From an uncultured Ilumatobacteraceae bacterium (lineage in GTDB: Bacteria > Actinomycetota > Acidimicrobiia > Acidimicrobiales > Ilumatobacteraceae): a stretch of DNA of 35,502 nt. Below, in pieces: positions 32,498 to 35,502 of this stretch. How positions within the stretch are numbered: position 1 is the stretch's first letter; every line of letters starts with the position of its first letter. Where the stretch lies: positions 1 to 35,502 of the forward strand of contig CBFCWZ010000001.1 in assembly GCA_965601935.1 (NCBI GenBank), written 5' to 3'. Made by a program: the position numbers and the translations under genes. Under the pieces are notes generated by a model, which was not told the DNA's origin, searched no databases, and worked only from the letters and a program-made list of their open reading frames with translations.

Positions 32498-32699
32498 TAC
32501 AGCGTAGGATCTCGACGGGAGGAGGTCAAGGGGCCGATCAGGTTTCTGCGACGCCGGATCTCCTCCTCCATCAGCGGCCTCAGAGCCGCGTTGACCATAC
32601 CGTTCTCGCAGGTCGGAGGATGAGTCGCGTCGAGAAGTCGAGACGACCACGTCGATACCGCCTCCATTGACGTCCAGTGCCGGCTGGCGTAGTCTCAGC

Positions 32700-32713
32700 C
32701 GAGAGCGCTCCCA
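32700..32713. promoter_or_regulatory. CebR-type LacI operator palindrome (box 2)
   Basis: CGAGAGCGCTCCCA has the reverse complement TGGGAGCGCTCTCG, which is 12/14 to the CebR consensus TGGGAGCGCTCCCA. It lies 26 nt upstream of the paralogue-2 ATG at 32740. Confidence 0.55.
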
Positions 32714-32739
32714 GCCCCCTGGCAGATCGGAGGATGGAG

Positions 32740-33747
32740 ATGCGGTTGAAGCTCGAGGACATCGGTCGGATGGCGGGTGTCTCGCGGTCCACCGTGTCCC
32801 GGGTGATCAACGACGAACCGAACGTGAGCCCCGAGGCCAGGGCACGCGTCGACGAGGTGATCCGTCGGACCGGTTTCACACCCCATGCCGCTGCCCGCTC
32901 TCTGGTGTCGCGGCGCAGCGGCATCCTCGGGCTGGTCATCCCGAGCCGGGTCCACGACCTCTTCGAGGACCCCTATTTCGCCCGCCTCATCCGCGATGTC
33001 ACGGTCGCCGGCAACACCGCCGGAACGACACTGTCGCTGTTCCTCTTCCAGACCGAGGAGGAGGAGCGGGAGATCTACCCCCGGGTGGTCGAGTCGGGTT
33101 TCGTGGACGGCGTGTTGATCACCGCGACACGAATCGGTGACCCACTTCTCACTCGGATGAGGGCGAGTTCGATGCCGATCGTCATGATCGGTCGGCCCGA
33201 CACCGACGGGGTGAGCTACGTCGACGTCGACAATCGCGGTGGCGCACGCCGTGTCGCGGAACACCTCGTCGATCTCGGGCGGCAGCGGATCGCAATGATC
33301 GCCGCGCCCGCCAACACCACGACCGGCGCAGATCGGCATCTTGGTTTCGTCGACGGCCTCACCGAGAGAGGAGTGGTGGCCGATCCCGAGCTCCGAGTCG
33401 TCGGGGACTACTCCGAGGCGAGCGGATACGAGGGAATGAAGTCACTCCTGGCCGAGCGACCGGACGCCGTCTTCGCCGCGTCCGACGCGATGGCGATCGG
33501 AGCAATGCGCGCCATCCGCGAGGCAGGTCTCGCCATCCCCGACGACATCGCAGTGGCCGGGTTCGACGGGTTCACTGCGTCGGAATCCACCGACCCGCCA
33601 CTCACCACGGTGCGTCAACCCGTCGACGCGACTGCGCAACACGCGGTTCGCCTGCTGAACCGGCTGATCGACGGTGAGATCCATGAGCCCACCGCCGAGG
33701 TCGTCCCCGTCGAACTCCTCCCCCGCCGGTCGACCGCCGCCACCTGA
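32740..33747 (+). CDS. LacI-family transcriptional regulator (CebR-like), paralogue 2
   Basis: ATG at 32740 preceded by GGAGGATGGAG (alternative ATG at 32734). It starts MRLKLEDIGRMAGVSRSTVSRVINDEPNVSPEARARVDEVIRRTGFTPHAAARSLV. It appears roughly two-thirds identical to paralogue 1 along its whole length. Confidence 0.85.
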   Translation: MRLKLEDIGRMAGVSRSTVSRVINDEPNVSPEARARVDEVIRRTGFTPHAAARSLVSRRSGILGLVIPSRVHDLFEDPYFARLIRDVTVAGNTAGTTLSLFLFQTEEEEREIYPRVVESGFVDGVLITATRIGDPLLTRMRASSMPIVMIGRPDTDGVSYVDVDNRGGARRVAEHLVDLGRQRIAMIAAPANTTTGADRHLGFVDGLTERGVVADPELRVVGDYSEASGYEGMKSLLAERPDAVFAASDAMAIGAMRAIREAGLAIPDDIAVAGFDGFTASESTDPPLTTVRQPVDATAQHAVRLLNRLIDGEIHEPTAEVVPVELLPRRSTAAT

Positions 33748-33760
33748 GCCTTGTCGACCA

Positions 33761-33778
33761 GCCGCGTGGAGACGCGGC
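33761..33778. terminator. Candidate bidirectional hairpin terminator between convergent genes
   Basis: GCCGCGT-GGAG-ACGCGGC forms a 7-bp GC-rich stem with a 4-nt loop. It sits in the 42-bp gap between the LacI-2 stop (33747) and the GH16 stop (33790). There is no U-tract, which is common in high-GC actinobacteria. Confidence 0.4.
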
Positions 33779-33789
33779 CCGGGGGATGC

Positions 33790-34749
33790 TCAGCTCGACC
33801 GGCCCGCGTCCTGGTAGACGCGTACGTAGTCGACGTAGTACGGGATCGGGTACACGAGGTCACGGTCCGGGAGACCGCCGAGGGTGCCCCCGAGTGCCAG
33901 GTTCAGGATCATGAAGAAGGGCTTGTCGAAGACCCACTCGCGGCCGCCCAGATCGTCCGGGCGGAGGTCGAAGTACTGCTCGCCGTCGAAGTACCAGCGG
34001 ATCCCCTCGGCGTCCCAGTCGATGGCGAAGGTGTGGAAGTCGTCGCCGATCTCGAAGTCCTGCCGGTTCCACTTGGTCCTGCCGCCGGCACCGGCGTAGC
34101 CGGGCCCGTGTACCGTGCCGAGGACCAGATCCGGTTCGCGACCGACGTACTCCATGATGTCGATCTCGCCGACATTGGGCCACTGGTCGGCGGGATCGGG
34201 AGCGTCCTGCTGGAAGCCGGACCCGAGCATCCAGAAGGCCGGCCAGGTGCCGGCCCCCTTGGGAACCTTGATGCGGCCCTCGATCCACCCGTACTGGAAC
34301 TCGCGCAGTTCCTGTGTCTTCAGTCGGGCCGAGGTGTAGTACGAGTCCTCGAACCGTTCCTGGTGGAGTTCGATGACCAGCAGTCCGTTCTCCGTCCGCG
34401 CGTTCTTCGGCCGGTCGGTGTAGTACTGCGCCTCACCGTTGCCCCAGCCCCACCCCCCGATGTCGTAGGTCCAGTTCGTCGGGTCGATCCCGTCGCCGTC
34501 GAACTCGTCGTTCCAGACGAGTTCCATCCCCTCGGGAGGAGCGATCGGGACCGGTTCCGGCGCCGCGATGGTCGTGGTCGGTCGTGGAGCGGCGGTGGAG
34601 CTGGTCGAGGTCGTCGCAGGCGGTTCTGCGGACGACGTGGTCCGACCGGTGCTGGTCGAGGCGCCGTCGTCGGGGCCACAGGCCACGGCCGCACCCAGGC
34701 CGACGGCGAGCAGAACGACTCCGAGGCGACGGACAGAACTCCCGGTCAT
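33790..34749 (-). CDS. Glycoside hydrolase family 16 beta-glucanase (laminarinase-type) lipoprotein
   Basis: ATG (34747-34749) gives MTGSSVRRLGVVLLAVGLGAAVAC/GPDD, a lipobox, followed by a T/S/P linker. The GH16 core is LVWNDEFDG...IDPTNWTYDIG..GWGNGEAQYYT, WPAFWMLG and the catalytic motif GEIDIMEYVG (ExDxxE). The upstream 220 codons of the track ORF are antisense to the permease gene. Confidence 0.85.
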   Translation of the reverse strand: MTGSSVRRLGVVLLAVGLGAAVACGPDDGASTSTGRTTSSAEPPATTSTSSTAAPRPTTTIAAPEPVPIAPPEGMELVWNDEFDGDGIDPTNWTYDIGGWGWGNGEAQYYTDRPKNARTENGLLVIELHQERFEDSYYTSARLKTQELREFQYGWIEGRIKVPKGAGTWPAFWMLGSGFQQDAPDPADQWPNVGEIDIMEYVGREPDLVLGTVHGPGYAGAGGRTKWNRQDFEIGDDFHTFAIDWDAEGIRWYFDGEQYFDLRPDDLGGREWVFDKPFFMILNLALGGTLGGLPDRDLVYPIPYYVDYVRVYQDAGRSS

Positions 34750-34769
34750 TCGAGTCGAAGTGGCGGGCG

Positions 34770-35502
34770 CTAGCCCTTCACCGCACCCGAGGTCAGCCCG
34801 GAGATGATGTAGCGCTGCAGGAACATGAACAGCACGAGCATCGGGAGCATCAGCATCAGGATGGCAGCGGCGAGCTTGGGCCAATCGCTGCCGTAGACAC
34901 CCTCGAAGACGATCAGACCCTTCGTGATGGGGAAGAGGTCCTCGTTGGTCAGGTACACGTTGGCGAGGATGAGTTCGTTCCAGATGTTGATCGCGTGGAT
35001 CACCGTGACCGTCGCAATGGCGGGTCGGATGAGCGGGATGAGGATCGACCACACGAACCTCACGTAGCCGCACCCGTCCACCGCGGCCGATTCGTCGAGC
35101 TCGCGCGGGATCGACTTGATGTAGTTGACCATGATGATCAACGCGATGGGGTTGACCAGGAACAGCATGATGTAGCCCTGCCGGGTGTTGAACATGCCGA
35201 GGTTCAGGATCAGCTGGAACTGCGGGATCAACGCCGGCGGGAGGAACAGCGCCACGACGTACAGGGTGAGCAGGGCGCCGGCACCCCGCACGTACCCCCG
35301 GGCGATCGGGAAGGCGACGAAGACCGACATGATCACGAACAGGGTCGTCCCGACCACCGTGTAGATCAACGAGTTCAGCAGGAAGCGAGGGAAGTTGGCG
35401 AGCTCCCACGCATCTGCGAAGTTGGCCAGCTGGAAGCTCTCCGGGAGACCGGTCGGGTCGGCGAAGAACTCCGGCAGCGTCTTCATCGACGCGAAGATCA
35501 AG
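34770..35502 (-). CDS. Carbohydrate ABC transporter permease (MalG/CUT1-type), C-terminal part (gene continues beyond the right edge)
   Basis: Multi-pass membrane protein with the EAA-loop region IPRELDESAAVDGCGYVRFVWSILIPLIRPA, typical of binding-protein-dependent sugar permeases. It ends 20 nt upstream of the GH16 start, so the two are probably co-transcribed. Confidence 0.85.
   Translation of the reverse strand, partial: LIFASMKTLPEFFADPTGLPESFQLANFADAWELANFPRFLLNSLIYTVVGTTLFVIMSVFVAFPIARGYVRGAGALLTLYVVALFLPPALIPQFQLILNLGMFNTRQGYIMLFLVNPIALIIMVNYIKSIPRELDESAAVDGCGYVRFVWSILIPLIRPAIATVTVIHAINIWNELILANVYLTNEDLFPITKGLIVFEGVYGSDWPKLAAAILMLMLPMLVLFMFLQRYIISGLTSGAVKG

Noticed and set aside
32458-32667. 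69-aa minus-strand ORF in the LacI/LacI intergenic region, and a GGAGGAGG / CCTCCTCC inverted repeat at ~32519-32571
   Set aside because: The ORF has no SD, no motifs and atypical composition. The repeat has an ~37-nt loop and is purine/pyrimidine low complexity, so it is weak evidence for any element.
34750-35409. N-terminal 220 codons of track ORF 33790-35409
   Set aside because: These codons overlap the ABC permease gene in another frame and are P/R/H/G-rich noise. The GH16 lipoprotein signal peptide starts at ATG 34749.
1-35502. Search for CRISPR arrays, tRNA/rRNA genes and prophage integration features (att repeats, integrase)
   Set aside because: I found no regularly spaced direct repeats, no tRNA-like T-loop (GGTTCGAATCC-type) or rRNA segments, no integrase-like ORF, and no matching direct repeats between the left (5530-5697) and right (30124-30277) borders of the CIS operon.

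Overview
Very GC-rich, actinobacterial-type chromosomal segment with a strong G/C third-codon-position bias, so most long antisense or off-frame ORFs in the track are artefacts. Left flank: a partial CopC-like gene (1-177, minus), a Tat-signal PhoX alkaline phosphatase (509-2338), a beta-propeller lipoprotein (2806-4119, minus), a short IS6-family transposase relic (~4150-4300) and a conserved-looking membrane protein (~4381-5529). Centre (5698-30123, all on the plus strand, gaps of 55 nt or less, many overlapping stop/start codons): a 17-gene, ~24.4-kb phage-tail-like contractile injection system (CIS/eCIS) operon. It encodes sheath, tube, a chaperone-like/PST-rich protein, a Mu gp43-like protein, a gpD hub, a gpV spike, PAAR, gp25, baseplate J and a gpI-like wedge. 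These are followed by a three-gene fibre-like module, a DUF4255-type cap, a 531-aa orphan, a 1097-aa hyper-acidic protein and a 1923-aa giant protein. The giant protein combines YD/Rhs repeats, hydrophobic helices, four tandem modules, an HELAHTVQ (DUF4157-like) metallopeptidase signature and an Ig-like C-terminus. I see no capsid, portal, terminase, integrase or lysis genes and no Walker-A ATPase, so this looks like a tailocin/eCIS-type machine rather than a prophage, with an unusual distal third that may be cargo or anchor. Right flank: a fructosamine-kinase-family gene, two head-to-head paralogous LacI regulators each carrying its own CebR-type palindrome, a GH16 beta-glucanase lipoprotein and a partial sugar ABC permease. 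I found no rRNA, tRNA or CRISPR array. All functional calls come from motif recognition by eye and no searches were run.
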